Source: Octopus vulgaris
Lineage: Eukaryota
NCBI GenBank assembly: GCA_951406725.2
Contig: OX597816.1
Span: 110,422,001 to 110,486,000, forward strand
Direction: 5' to 3'
DNA length: 64,000 bases
Below, piece by piece: positions 1 through 13,692 of the stretch. Each line of letters opens with the position of its first letter. The first letter of the stretch is position 1. Under the pieces are notes generated by a model that saw nothing but the letters and a program-made list of their open reading frames with translations, was not told the DNA's origin and made no database searches. The position numbers and the translations under genes are program-made.

Positions 1-520
1 GACTGGAAAATTATTTTGAGGTTATCAAAAGAAAAATATTGTGTAGATATTTTACACAGGAAGGACTTTATCAGAAGCATGTCCGGTTATATCAAATATC
101 ACTATCAATATTTAGCAATGAAGGACGTTAAATTAATCCAGTGGGACTGGGTTATGTATGATTTCTTCTAATTCGTATTGAACTACCAATTTTATAAATA
201 TTTTCTTCTGACATGTATAGAACATACACAAAGATATACGAGAATTTTTATTAATTTAGATACCATATCAAACCCAGCTTAGCAACAGAGTTCGCAACAC
301 ATTCTGCATAATGTGACAGTAGATATTCTGATACAACTGAGAAAACTTCGTTTTATTAGATTTTATGATTGCTCATAGTCTCTGTCAGTTGGTTGGAACC
401 ATTTTCTTTTGGCAATTTGAATTAGCAATGTAAAAAGCTGGAACATATACTGAAAAGTATCTAGCCTGGCACTGCAATAATTCCGGGTATCCAACAAATT
501 CAACTGGTTCTTTATATCAA
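1..520 (+). mobile_element. Very decayed Penelope-like (PLE) reverse transcriptase relic
   Basis: Frameshift-corrected translation gives KLRF(L)DFMIAHS (~345-380), similar to PLE KLPFLDI, then KAGTYTEKYLAWH (~435-475), similar to RKPTHTDRYLNF. Many stops. Confidence 0.35.
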
Positions 521-2049
521 CTCCAAAAAGATGGAAGACAAAGGCTGCCTCGACGTCATTTAATCTCAGATGCAAACCCTCCTATTATATATCACAAGGT
601 GTGATATTGTTGTAGTTATTGTCTTAAATCGCAGTGCTATCACATGAATGGATGAAAATGACTTTGTTAAACCATATCAATTTGCACTAAAATACCTTAA
701 CAACCTTCACGATATCTTTTGTAGTGACAATTGTTTTCTAAATTTAATTGTGTCAACGAAATGCACAGCGTAAAACGTATCTAATTACACGTGTTGCTAA
801 ATATTTACATTTCCAAACGAATATATTCATTAAAAGTTGTTGCAACTAATTGCTTGACGTGTGCGTTTTATGGAATATTTTAAAAATAGGAATGATGTAA
901 GAATAGATAACACGAATTTCTTTATAAAGCTTCTTAACGGTTGATAACCTGGATCACCAAAGATAAATTAGCATATACATGGTTGCAAATTTGTCGCAAA
1001 ATTAGAAAAACTCTTTAGACAAGGGAATAAAATAATCCAGCTGCAAAATGCAATATTTTCTATATTAAATTTAGATTGTTAAATCTACAAATTCACACAC
1101 TGCCCTGTGCAAAGAATAAAAAATTATATTCTTTCGAAATAGAAATGTTTTATGTTTTCTAGGATGTGAGGTTGTACCTCTGCTTTCAACAATGAACCCG
1201 GTTTCGAAAATCTTTTTTCTCTTATTTACACTTCATAATGCATTTCATTATGACGCAACGGGAGTGTTCTGTCAGTCGGGTGCACAGGCTATTCAATAAT
1301 AGTAGCATTAGGTAAGTACAACCTTCCTCATTTGTTCTGTTGTTATTGTTACAATATTGTATTCATCGAATCAGTTATGACCACAAATCCTATATCAAAC
1401 AATACAATTAGTATTCATTCAATACCGGTTTTCCACACTGAAACAGTGATTTTTCATATATGTACATGTCTTCAAGAACTTTACGATATACATTTCTCCA
1501 GAGACTTCTTATTTCTGAAGATATTGATTTTTTTTCCATTTAATGATTATTACGAAGAGTCTTTAAAACATGTATCGGAAATTTTAATCGAACATGTAAT
1601 TAACGTTTTCCCAAGTAAACAAGTCGTAATTAGGAATTAAGAGACAATAACATATTTGATAAATATATTTCAAGCCTTAAAACCTCTGACGAAAGAGCTT
1701 GATATATAGGCAGTTTTCCGTTCAATTTACTAAATGTACAATTATATATTTATTTCATTTCTGAAATATTGGTAGCGGTTTTTAGTCAGGGGGTATAAGA
1801 AACGGCAACTATATAATCAGCAGTATGACAAGCCCTGGTATTACCCTTATGATGAAGATATTTTGTGCAATATTAAAATTCATGTGATAAGTTACGTTCT
1901 TTCTAATGAAGGGAACTTAGAAATGGGTTAAACATGGCGATTAATTTGTAGTAACAAACTGTGTGTATAACAAACGATGTAGAGTTCTCAAACTCTGGCA
2001 GCACCTTTAGATGCTTTCGCAGTGAATGACACTGACAACTTTAAATCTA

Positions 2050-3500
2050 CAAAATCCCTTATTTCAGATTTCCGCAAGATTGCTATCAAAACTGCTATCC
2101 AGATGCTCTGTCTTTTATAGACTGTTCTGCATTAGTATAGCAGGATTTTATTTGTCTTCCAAAAAGAGCGAGTGCTCACTATAAATATATGGCAAAATGA
2201 AAGGAAATATACTCGATATTTATTTGATATTATTTTATGCGGTATCACTAACTAGATCATGATAGATAGAAACATTTTTATTATATATAAAATAACTCAG
2301 TAATTTATGAACTAAAACTATACATCCATTAAGTTCTTTGACCTTTGCAATTTAGAACACAAAATTATTAATAGCGTCTTCTCTTCAATGCTTTCAAATT
2401 CCTATTCCTGAAGAGGGAGTAAAAAAAAATAATTGCTTCGCTAAATACTTGCAGTAAGTGAGTGACGCACTTTTTGTGATAAGGACTGTTGACAACTACA
2501 CCGTTTCTCCATTCTTGAATGATATCTTAATAGCTTCTAAATTATAACATCTATATAGAAGTTTAGTGTCTCTATGCTGTTAATAACTCTCTTTCATTAA
2601 CTAATGTAGCTTTCACTTCAGTCATTGCTCTCTCAGCCAAATAATCAGAAGGGCGCCTTGCTGGGATTTTTTAAACATGAATTGCTTAATCCTTCCATTG
2701 AGAAAGAAATTTCTGCAATTGTTGTGGGCTTTTATAGATAGTGACATTATTCTATAGATATATTTCACTCTCATTACAACGGAACAATGCGCCTAATTTA
2801 GATTTGATAAATTGTATAAAGATAAAATAAATAATGGAATAAATTTATACTGAAAGATCCAGTTGTTGTCGTATAAGTTTGATATTTTCTGTTGATGTAA
2901 GAAATGAATATATCTACTAACATATGCACAGTAATTATATACTCAACTACTTAAGAAATTTATTCGAAATGTTCACAACGAATTGTATTATGTATGCAAG
3001 GGTAAATAGATGCATATTCAGTGTATAACTCAAGTTCTTCATAATATCAATGTTAACACTTAACATATAGTAATGACTTCTCGAGTTATAGAAGGAATTT
3101 CCTAGGATTACATGTAACATAAATAAATGGACCTTCAGGTAATATAATCTGGGGTTACTTCATATATACTCATATTATCGGCGTGTTTTCATCCTCATGA
3201 CATTCAATTTCAAATCAACGTTCGAAGTCATAAATAACTCTATAGGTAGGTGAAATATTATCTACTAGTAAAGATGATCTAATATCATATCTATGAAAGT
3301 CCAAGAACGGTTTGACGATACATGTTACAAGCAATAAAATAATACCAGGTTGCTTAAATTTATTCAATAATGACACGTTTTTAAAACAGAAATATCGGAG
3401 GGGGGTGAAGCAATTACAATTGGCAATCATATGAATATAGGCCTCATGCTATATATTATATTAGAGCACACGTATTAGTAATGTCTATAATTGGAAATAT
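2050..3500 (+). mobile_element. Decayed Ty3/Gypsy pol relic (RNase H and integrase)
   Basis: ~2694-2900 reads SIEKEISAIVVGFYR**HY..FTLITTEQCA*FRFDKLYKDKINNGINLY*KIQLLSYKFDI, matching Gypsy RNase H (EKEAxAIV..W.HYL..FTLITDQ..FMFD...KIKN.KI.RW...L..Y.FDI). Integrase-like GP..YF..I segment at ~3129-3200. Outer boundaries are approximate. Confidence 0.7.
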
Positions 3501-4052
3501 AATGATTATACAGATGAAAAAAGGAGAGATGAAGTGAAAACAAACAGACCAGAAACCAAAGCATAATGCAATATAATATAAGTTATCGGAGCAAAAGCTA
3601 CTAAGATGCAAAGTGAAATAAGAAACTCAAATGGGTGATTTGACTGCTATTTTAATTTCCAGGATACGAAGAAGCATTATCATAAACAACCATGCGAACA
3701 ATAAGAAAATTTATGGAAAAGCAGGTATTCACAACGTCTAATTCCTTGGCATGTGGCTGAATACAAAGGCAGAAACTATTAAAGTTTTACAAAACAATTT
3801 TGCACACCTTCTCCAGAGAATTTCTTCATTAAATACATTGGAAGTTTCAAAAATACACACACCTAAGAACACAAACATACTCAGATACACGCACTCATAG
3901 GGACATGCACATATAGTCCCATGCATTTATATAAATATTAGAGAGGAAGAGATTACATTGTTTCATAAATGCTTTTAGTTTTACGATTTCATAAACTTCA
4001 TCATGAAACATATATAATGAGTACTTTTCAATTTCATATTCATTTGTTTTCG

Positions 4053-4056
<4 letters not shown>

Positions 4057-4117
<61 letters not shown>
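4057..4117. repeat. (TA)n microsatellite
   Basis: Perfect TA run. Similar runs at ~4655-4700, 8124-8221, 13634-13689, 18168-18279, 56601-56647 and 57555-57612. Confidence 0.98.
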
Positions 4118-4121
<4 letters not shown>

Positions 4122-4561
4122 CATATACCTGTATACTTAAAAGTTAATTCATAGTGCTAAACACTTTCTCCTACGCATGTTCTTTTTTAAATACTTCGAA
4201 ACAAATTATAGGTTATGTAAGTTAATATATCTGAATTAATATTTCTTTTGGCATATGACTATTTTCTTTTTTGAATTATTGTACACAAAAACGTAATATA
4301 TACATAGATAGGTGTACATAATGAATTTCTACCCAGAGAGTCAACAATTTGCGACAGCAGTGATTTAATGAGTGCATTCATACATCAGTTGAATCGAAGT
4401 TTGTCGAAGCAAGTACATATAGTTTTGCACATCTTATGTTAATTCTTTTTGTCCTGTTTACGCTTTCTACCCCTTTCCCTTGGGATATTTGGCACAAAGC
4501 ATAACCATCCAAACAACCAACAATTATATCGGTGATGTTATACTTATATACATAATTACAT

Positions 4562-4598
<37 letters not shown>

Positions 4599-4651
4599 CA
4601 TATATACATAATTACACAAACGCACATGCACATTTACTTGCATATATGTGG

Positions 4652-4703
<52 letters not shown>

Positions 4704-4841
4704 CGGAGATGTACTCGCATAGCAAGTAATTTGATCTGAGATCGTGTGCTGAAACGAAAACAATTGCAGCGTGGAAGGTGTTTATAAGCCATTTAAGAAA
4801 CACACAAAAGCCGTTCGATTCACTCCAACATTTAAGTTTAA

Positions 4842-4891
4842 TTTGTCAAAATATTTTCGTCGCTAAAATCCGCGACCTGTTCACTGACAAA
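4842..4891 (-). ncRNA. Minimal type I hammerhead ribozyme, G3-C8 core variant (left arm copy)
   Basis: Exact reverse complement of 6888-6937. Confidence 0.8.
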
Positions 4892-5040
4892 GTCCGTGCT
4901 GCATCTAAGAAAGTAACAGTTGGTTCGTCATATATATGTACGTATGTATGTGTGTATGTATGCATACATGTGTGTATGTATGTACGTATGCATGTACGTA
5001 CATACGCCTGTGTATGTATGTATGTATGTATGTATGTATG

Positions 5041-5074
<34 letters not shown>

Positions 5075-5312
5075 TGTACATATGTATGTGTGTGTATAAG
5101 CACGCACATACACTCTATAAAACATAAAGTTATAAACCTGTAGCGATGGATGGATGTAGAGTGACCACTCATCACAACGCTATCAAATTTCAACTCCCTA
5201 CGGCCGAGGCTAGAAAGTGAATTTATGACGCTTGCTCACAAGAACTATACCCTAAAATCTATTATCAGATTTTTATCTCTATATCACAGAACTAATGTTT
5301 TACTATTGTTCG

Positions 5313-5346
<34 letters not shown>

Positions 5347-5777
5347 TGTATGTATGTATGTATGTATGTATGTATGTATGTATGTACATATGTACGCATG
5401 TGCGTATGTATGTATACGCGCTCGTATGCATGTGCCCATGTATGTGTGTGTGTACATGTACGTGCGTATGTACGTGTGTATGCCCATACGTAGGTATGTA
5501 TGTATGTTTGTATTCATGTGATACGTATGTATGTGAGTGTCTAGGAGAATGGGCAGATGTGTCCGTGAGAGTGTGTACATGTGTATGTGTATGTGAACGT
5601 ATGTCCGTGTACTGGCATGTGTCCGTCCAAGTTGTGTACATGACTGTTACTTTGCTGAAGGTTGTATACATATTTACATATATGTTTGTATAGACGCACA
5701 CACATATATATATATATGTGTGTGGGTGTGTGTTTGTTCCTCTCATCATCGTCTAACCGTGAATGGATACAACGCCT

Positions 5778-5858
5778 ATACAAGAATACAAACCTACTCT
5801 CAACCGAAAGTCCGAATGGAATAACATCCAGATCCCATTCAGAAGGACTATTCTATAA
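5778..5858 (+). pseudogene. C-terminal fragment of PLE ORF (end of GIY-YIG domain)
   Basis: IQEYKPTLNRKSEWNNIQIPFRRTIL*. The I..(F/Y)KP.LN motif typically ends PLE GIY-YIG endonucleases. The fragment begins right at the inversion junction. Confidence 0.65.
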
Positions 5859-6887
5859 CCACCCCTCTCTCTCTCTCCCTTTCACCTGTAGTCCTTACAT
5901 ACAGGTTGCAATGCGTATGTGCAGTTATATACAACGGTTTGAGCAGACGTTGTTTGATACGAACAGTTGCACCTAGGCGTTGTATCCATTCACGGTTAGA
6001 CGATGATGAGAGGAACAAACACACACCCACACACATATATATATATATGTGTGTTGTCTATACAAACATATATGTAAATATGTATACAACCTTCAGCAAA
6101 GTAACAGTCATGTACACAACTTGGACGGACACATGCCAGTACACGGACATACGTTCACATACACATACACATGTACACACTCTCACGGACACATCTGCCC
6201 ATTCTCCTAGACACTCACATACATACGTAGCACATGAATACAAACATACATACATACCTACGTATGGGCATACACACGTACATACGCACGTACATGTACA
6301 CACACACATACATGGGCACATGCATACGAGCGCGTATACATACATACGCACATGCGTACGTATGTACATACATACATACATACATACATACATACATACA
6401 TACACACATACATACATACATACATACATACATACATACATACATACATACATACATACATACATACATACATACACACATACATACATACATACGAACA
6501 ATAGTAAAACATTAGTTCTGTGATATAGAGATAAAAATCTGATAATAGATTTTAGGGTATAGTTCTTGTGAGCAAGCGTCATAAATTCACTTTCTAGCCT
6601 CGGCCGTAGGGAGTTGAAATTTGATAGCGTTGTGATGAGTGGTCACTCTACATCCATCCATCGCTACAGGTTTATAACTTTATGTTTTATAGAGTGTATG
6701 TGCGTGCTTATACACACACTTACATATATACATACATACATACATACCTACCTACATACATGCATACACAGGCGTATGTGCGTACATGCATACGTACATA
6801 CATACACACATGTATGCATACATACACACATACATACGTACATATATATGACGAACCAACTGTTACTTTCTTAGATGCAGCACGGAC

Positions 6888-6937
6888 TTTGTCAGTGAAC
6901 AGGTCGCGGATTTTAGCGACGAAAATATTTTGACAAA
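6888..6937 (+). ncRNA. Minimal type I hammerhead ribozyme, G3-C8 core variant (right arm copy)
   Basis: Stem I TTTGTCA(6888-94)/TGACAAA(6931-37). Core GTGAACA(6895-6901) plus an extra G. Stem II GTCGC/GCGAC with an 8 nt loop. GAAA(6921-24). Palindromic stem III AATATT. Predicted cleavage after T6930. Confidence 0.8.
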
Positions 6938-7013
6938 TTAAACTTAAATGTTGGAGTGAATCGAACGGCTTTTGTGTGTTTCTTAAATGGCTTATAACAC
7001 CTTCCACGCTGCA

Positions 7014-7049
<36 letters not shown>

Positions 7050-7470
7050 TTAAGTGTATAAATTGATAGGCAGATACATACATACATACATTTATGCACA
7101 CATACGTACTTCCTTACGTACATTCATATACACATGCATCTGTAGATATGCAGGTCTGTGAATGCAGATATTTTCATATTTCTTTTTGTTGGTTAATTAA
7201 AGAAAAGTACGCTTATTAATTTAATATATTAATGAATATGGATTGCTTCATTATGAAATGATATTACCCTGAAATATAAAATATTTCTTAAAAGGTTCTG
7301 ATAATATTTGGATCACATTTGTTAATATTGTTCTCATATAGATCTGAATGAATATATAAGCCTGTTAAACAACATCAGAATTAAACAATACGTGTTTCAA
7401 AACTACAAGCATAGATGTTGTATTTAAGAAGGCGAATTACATCAGGTTGCGTAGAATAATGTGCATACTG

Positions 7471-7512
<42 letters not shown>

Positions 7513-7527
7513 TATATATATATATAA

Positions 7528-7700
7528 TCATCGTTGGCGATTTTTTCTCCACCTTCCTGTTCTATTAGACTTTATACTGTTTCTGTAGAAGTGCTTTGCT
7601 GGAAACGAAAACCATCTTTCTTTTCTTCCCTAGGCGTCTGCTAATACTTTACATGTGCCACGTACTCGCTTTGTTTTTTGGCGTTTGACTTTTTTTTTTC
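7528..7700 (+). mobile_element. Degenerate PLE pseudo-LTR-type repeat (same family as 10877-11085) with decayed hammerhead
   Basis: GTTT-CTGTAGA-A-GTGCTTTGCTG-GAAACG-AAAAC at 7579-7612. Flanks align to the reverse complement of 10900-11065. Confidence 0.6.
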
Positions 7701-7705
7701 CTATA

Positions 7706-8222
<517 letters not shown>

Positions 8223-9599
8223 CATAAAATAACCAGCCAGTTGTGTAGACACATCTTTCATGCAGAAACCTGTTAGGTTATCTACTATGTCGATGTATCT
8301 CTTATCTGTTCGTATGTGGTGATGCATAGAACTAAAGAATTATTACAATAAATGCATATTTTCCAGAACACCCGTACATACATATTCACAATTACATGTA
8401 AACATTCTGTATATTAAAAGGAAGACACAGCTATATCGTGTGTATATAGGTATGGATACAGAGCATTTGATTTTATCTAATTGTATGCAGATATATCTTT
8501 GTCATGGAAATATTTTTAGCGTTATAATCCTGAAAATTTATATGAGTATAACAAGGTGCAGTGATTTATAAACATAGGTTTTAGAAACTATTCACATTCG
8601 TGACTTGAATTTTAATCAGTTATGTTGCCGTTTTCCATACCGTTTAAGGGCAGAACTCATTTTTTTTTTGTACGTTAGATGTTTGTCGCCTTTAATGTAG
8701 AAGCAAGTTTACGGCTTCAAAAATTATTAACGTGCCAGCCTGAAAGCAAGAAAAATGAATTAGATGTATACATTATCCATCAAAGCAAAAATAATGCATA
8801 GATATACGATGAACGAAAATAGGTTTATGGGAAGGAAACAAAGAGTGAGAAAAATATGTAGCAAATATATAAATCATATAAGATTAAAAAATGTGCCTTT
8901 GTATATGTTATATCAACATATAGAAACACGAAGTTGAATGTGTATTTCTTACACACACATACACACATATATACATGCATATATATATGTATGTATATAT
9001 GGGTGTATGTGTGTGTGTGAATATGTATATACATATATGCATATACATATGCATATATGCATATGTGTGTATAGGTATATGTAGATATATACGTATATTG
9101 TACAATTTCCTACGCATTTATATACGTATATACATATGAATACATACGTACTAACTCTCATCTATAGAGGTATGCGTATGCACATGCTTGGAAATATATG
9201 CATACGTACATAGAGACACCCATACCTATTGATATCGGATAGTGCTTTGGTTGCTGATACAAATATATCCTTTTCTCAAAATCTTTAACATAAATATTAT
9301 GCTATGGAAGATTCATGTTTGTAGTTCTGCCATTCAATAAGTTCCTAAATTAAAGCGATTGCTCCTCCATCACTCCCTGCATCATTGGCAGAAAAAAATA
9401 TATTACTTATGATCAACCAACTTCTGTGTTTTCACTTGTTAAGTGGTTTACTTCATTACAGAAAGCAAAAGAATTTTTCGATTAGTTAAGAGTGCAGTAT
9501 ATGGTCTGATTTTTCACTGTCATTTTGCATGCTATCAGCAAATTCATTCTTATTTATAACAATGTACATTTTGTGTTGAATAGGGCCTTGCGTATCAGA

Positions 9600-10225
9600 C
9601 TTTTATGATTTATAAAATATATCAAAGTAATATTTCCAACCTTTGCACAAGAAAGTGGAGCTGCAGAAAAAAAAAAAAACATCAGACATAGGCATAGTAA
9701 AGAAGTTGCTGGCGTGATTATGTAAGAGAGTACAATTTTCAATCGTATGATTTGTTTGCATTGAATAAGCTTATACAAGATAAATGCGTTATGCATTTAG
9801 TTAACTGCACAATAATATTGATGATTTTAAACATATTATCTAAACGTAATACTGAATTATATATGTATTGTAAATTGTTGACATGGTTGTTAGATGCAGC
9901 TGTTTGAGTGTGAACACGTGATCGTAGGTCAAATAATTTGATAAACCGGTAGAAGTAAAATATCAGCTTCAAATAAACTTCCTATTTCAATTTTCTAAAA
10001 CATATAAGTAAAAGGAATTTTTATTTAATCCGGTCATGTTTTAACAGTAAAAGTGTCACTATACATTAACATTTATGAAAATAATTAACGTAGCTTTAAT
10101 CATAACATTCACCAGCATAGAAGCTTATCGTTTAATATTTCGGAAAAGAAAGTAGAAAGATGATACATTGCGGTAGACAAGGAATGCTGCTCAACGGTTG
10201 TGACCAAGAATATCGGGCTAGAATA
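9600..10225 (-). mobile_element. Possible ancient PLE RT relic
   Basis: SLSTAMYHLSTFFSEIL, similar to S..TPTY.LAKFL.EIL, and downstream ITPATSLLCLCLMFF, similar to G.PLS..LACL.LEF, in the expected order. Confidence 0.3.
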
Positions 10226-10367
10226 TCTATATATGTATGTATGTATATGTGTACGCATGTATTTATGTATATATGTATGCATGTGCGCATACATGTACAC
10301 ATATGTGTAGGTGTTAGTGCTCCTACATGTATTTATCCACCATCGATACTGGCTCCCACGCATACGT

Positions 10368-10570
10368 TGATTTCAAACTTTGGCACAAGGCCAGCAATTT
10401 CGAGGGAGGAGATAAGGCGATTTCATCAACCGCAGGGCTCTGCAGGTCATTATTTTATAAAACCCGAGTGATGAAATGTAAAGTCGACCGCGACGGAATT
10501 TGAACTTAAAGATGAACGACATATTTCTAAGCATTTTATCGAGCGTTCTCACGAATCCGTTAGCTTCCTT
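10368..10570 (-). mobile_element. Diverged tRNA-derived SINE (family of 55034-55438)
   Basis: GATGAAATGTAAAGTCGACCGCGACGGAATTTGAACT and GGCACAAGGCCAGCAATTT are reverse complements of motifs in the 55 kb copy. Confidence 0.8.
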
Positions 10571-10741
10571 CATTGCATATATTAGCCCTTATTGTTCCTC
10601 TGAAAATCCTGAAATGAATGAACTGTCAATGAAAGATATAAGTCGTTGTGTTTACTTTCAGAATGCTTGTGGTGATCATGAAGAGTATAAATTTTTGCAA
10701 ATTAAGAAATGCAATGCAAGCCATATATGGAATACTTGACG

Positions 10742-11085
<344 letters not shown>

Positions 11086-12193
11086 GCAAAAGACGAAGAC
11101 AGATGGTGTACAACACACAAAACAAAACGATGTATTAGTATACTTTTCTTGTAATGATATTTTTCTCGTGATCTATGTTTGAAGAAATTTAACTGAAAAA
11201 ACTATTTGAAAATATGTGTGGGAATTGATTATAAGCGATTATACGCAAGGATGAATTGTTTATTTTTCTTGTACTTGGGACTTGACTAGACAATGTGTCT
11301 TGTGCTAGAACACATTTCATTACTGCATTACATTGTTACAAAAGTACTTTTGTGTAGAATATATAGCATTTTACGAATACCATGACGATAAATTGCATAG
11401 AACAATTTCTTATGTAAACAATATCTTTGTTCTCATTTCAAATCATTGTGCAAATATTATATGTCGTGCGATAATAACTTAAAAGGACACGAAGTTTACA
11501 AAAGGCATATCTACCACACTGGCGTAAACCAACAAAAGTTACGGATAACTGCCGCTATATTTTAAATCAATCTTTTCTCTGGAATTTAACATCAACGAAT
11601 AGGAATTAAGCCAAGAATGTGATGTATTGTGATCTAAAATGTTACAATATTCTTTCTTCGAAGGAGTGAGTATCATCTGAATATTATTTGAAGACGGATC
11701 TTGAATCTTTTATTTCTTATGATAGGTATATTATTTAATCATTAACACTAACTTCTAATATTTCTAATTTCCTTAAACTTTGAAGGTAAAGAAAACGATC
11801 ACATTTTATATCATGGCAAAGTTCTAATGAGACTTCATGTCCTGTTGATAACCTGATTTACCGAGTAAAGAATAGAAATGAAATTACCGAAGCAACATGT
11901 TACATTTTAAAGTGGGGAAGCTAATAGTAGATAAGGTGGAGACCTGGAGACTTGAACAGCTGGTAAGCAATCCGAGAGCGAAATCCCTGAACTACTTTCA
12001 AGATATACATGAAAGTACTTGCAAGTCACGAATGTTGAAAATGCCTGAGAGAAAATTAAGAAAATTATAAAAGCATCAAATACCAGCTGGCATAAGTAAT
12101 CAATAGATGAATCACAAAGTTTATTAGTCGATATACTGAATCTATATATAGTAAAGATGTAATTACATATACATATGAGAGAATTGGAAGTTT

Positions 12194-12663
12194 AGAAAGA
12201 CTCACCAGATATATCATTTGAAGTAAAATTTAATTTAGTCTACAAGTCATATTTCGACATATTATTCTACACATGCCCTCACACGTGAATATGAACACAT
12301 ATGTGCGCACACACACATGTATGTAGTTTTATACATATATAAACACGCACTTACATGATTCCTGGTGTAGTCACGCGACGTGGCGAACTTCGACTATAGC
12401 CTTAGATCGAGCAAAGCCTTCTGCAGACAGAAAGACTCACCAGATATATCATTTGAAGTAAAATTTAATTTAGTCTACAAGTCATATTTCGACATATTAT
12501 TCTACACATGCCCTCACACGTGAATATGAACACATATGTGCGCACACACACATGTATGTATTTTTATACATATATAAACACGCACTTACATGATTCCTGG
12601 TTTAGTCACGCGACGTGGCGAACTTCGACTATAGCCTTAGATCGAGCAAAGCCTTCTGCAGAC
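12194..12663. repeat. Recent 235 bp tandem duplication (12194-12428 / 12429-12663) including part of a SINE
   Basis: Two adjacent copies starting AGAAAGACTCACCAG and ending TTCTGCAGAC. I saw only two substitutions. Confidence 0.95.
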
Positions 12664-12681
12664 GGAAACTGAAAGAAGCTC

Positions 12682-12740
<59 letters not shown>

Positions 12741-12951
12741 CAATGTATGGTTTACCTTATTAAACACAGTTCAACAAATTCATTCATATTTATGTAATGG
12801 ATTTGATTAGATGTTAAAATGGATTATAGCTTTCATTTTTCACGTTGCTATACAATCTGTTTCATACAATAGGACTCAAATATTCATAATAGAAAATCGT
12901 AATAGTCATATTGATATTCGGTCGTAGCTCATATAGAATTGTCTGCTGATA

Positions 12952-13232
12952 TCTCTCTATATATAAACGGCAGTTTGTCTGTGCGTGTTTCTGTGTGTCT
13001 GTTTGCTTGTACCCTCACCCTGACCACGGCTTTCAACCGATTCTGATGAAACTTGACACACACATAGCCCAATGTCATAATTCAAAACTAACGCAGCCAA
13101 AAGTTTGAAAAGTTCCCCCAGTTCTGAAAAAATCGATAAATTCGACATGGGGTCGAGAATCAGAAACACGAACCACAAACTGTCTAGGGACGCAACTCCA
13201 TCCTTTTTTAACTCTCAAAAAAATTTACCATT
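12952..13232 (+). mobile_element. Non-autonomous Helitron 5' end
   Basis: Starts TCTCTCTATATATAAACGGCAG, followed by a GT-rich tract (GTCTGTGCGTGT...) and the CAACCGATTCTGATGAAACTTGACACAC motif typical of animal Helitron 5' regions. Confidence 0.7.
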
Positions 13233-13630
13233 AATGTGTTCGTTCTTGTAGCCATGCCTATTTAAAACAAGACTAGAAACATATAGAATTGTCTGCTGAT
13301 ATATGTAATATTAAAAGCTGACGTTCTCTCTATGAATTCCTACATGTGTGTCTATTTAGAATACCATAAATGAATTATATTATTGGTCAGGCTGTATTTG
13401 TATGTACGATGAGGAATCCAAATAAGGATGTCTATAGAATATTTCATAACTATATAAATGTATGTATGTAAATTCAAAAGTTATATATGAAGAAAGAGCA
13501 TTAGAAATCTTAGGAAATTACTCTAATTAAAGAACGAACTAACATTCATCCGATAAAAATATGTACATTATATATTAAAATTTTGTATGCATACATAATA
13601 CATACATACACACATACATGCATACATACA

Positions 13631-13692
<62 letters not shown>

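Larger units (their letters stand above)
4702..7018 (+). mobile_element. Young 5'-truncated Penelope-like element with inverted pseudo-LTR (2.3 kb palindrome), inserted in (TA)n
   Basis: Arms 4760-5778 and 5974-7018 are near-identical reverse complements. The 195 bp spacer encodes IQEYKPTLNRK..., resembling a GIY-YIG endonuclease C-terminus. Each arm has a hammerhead motif. The left arm has an extra ~58 nt (4702-4759). Both ends abut (TA)n. Confidence 0.85.

Noticed and set aside
1684-1715. CTGACGA hammerhead-like core
   Set aside because: No closing stem II followed by GAAA.
4378-7101. Many overlapping ORFs of 60-205 aa (YVCM/HTYI repeats)
   Set aside because: They are translations of (TATG)n/(TA)n microsatellites, which lack stop codons. 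Not genes.
13042-13056. CTGATGAAAC motif
   Set aside because: No stem II between CTGATGA and GAAA. It is part of the Helitron 5' motif.
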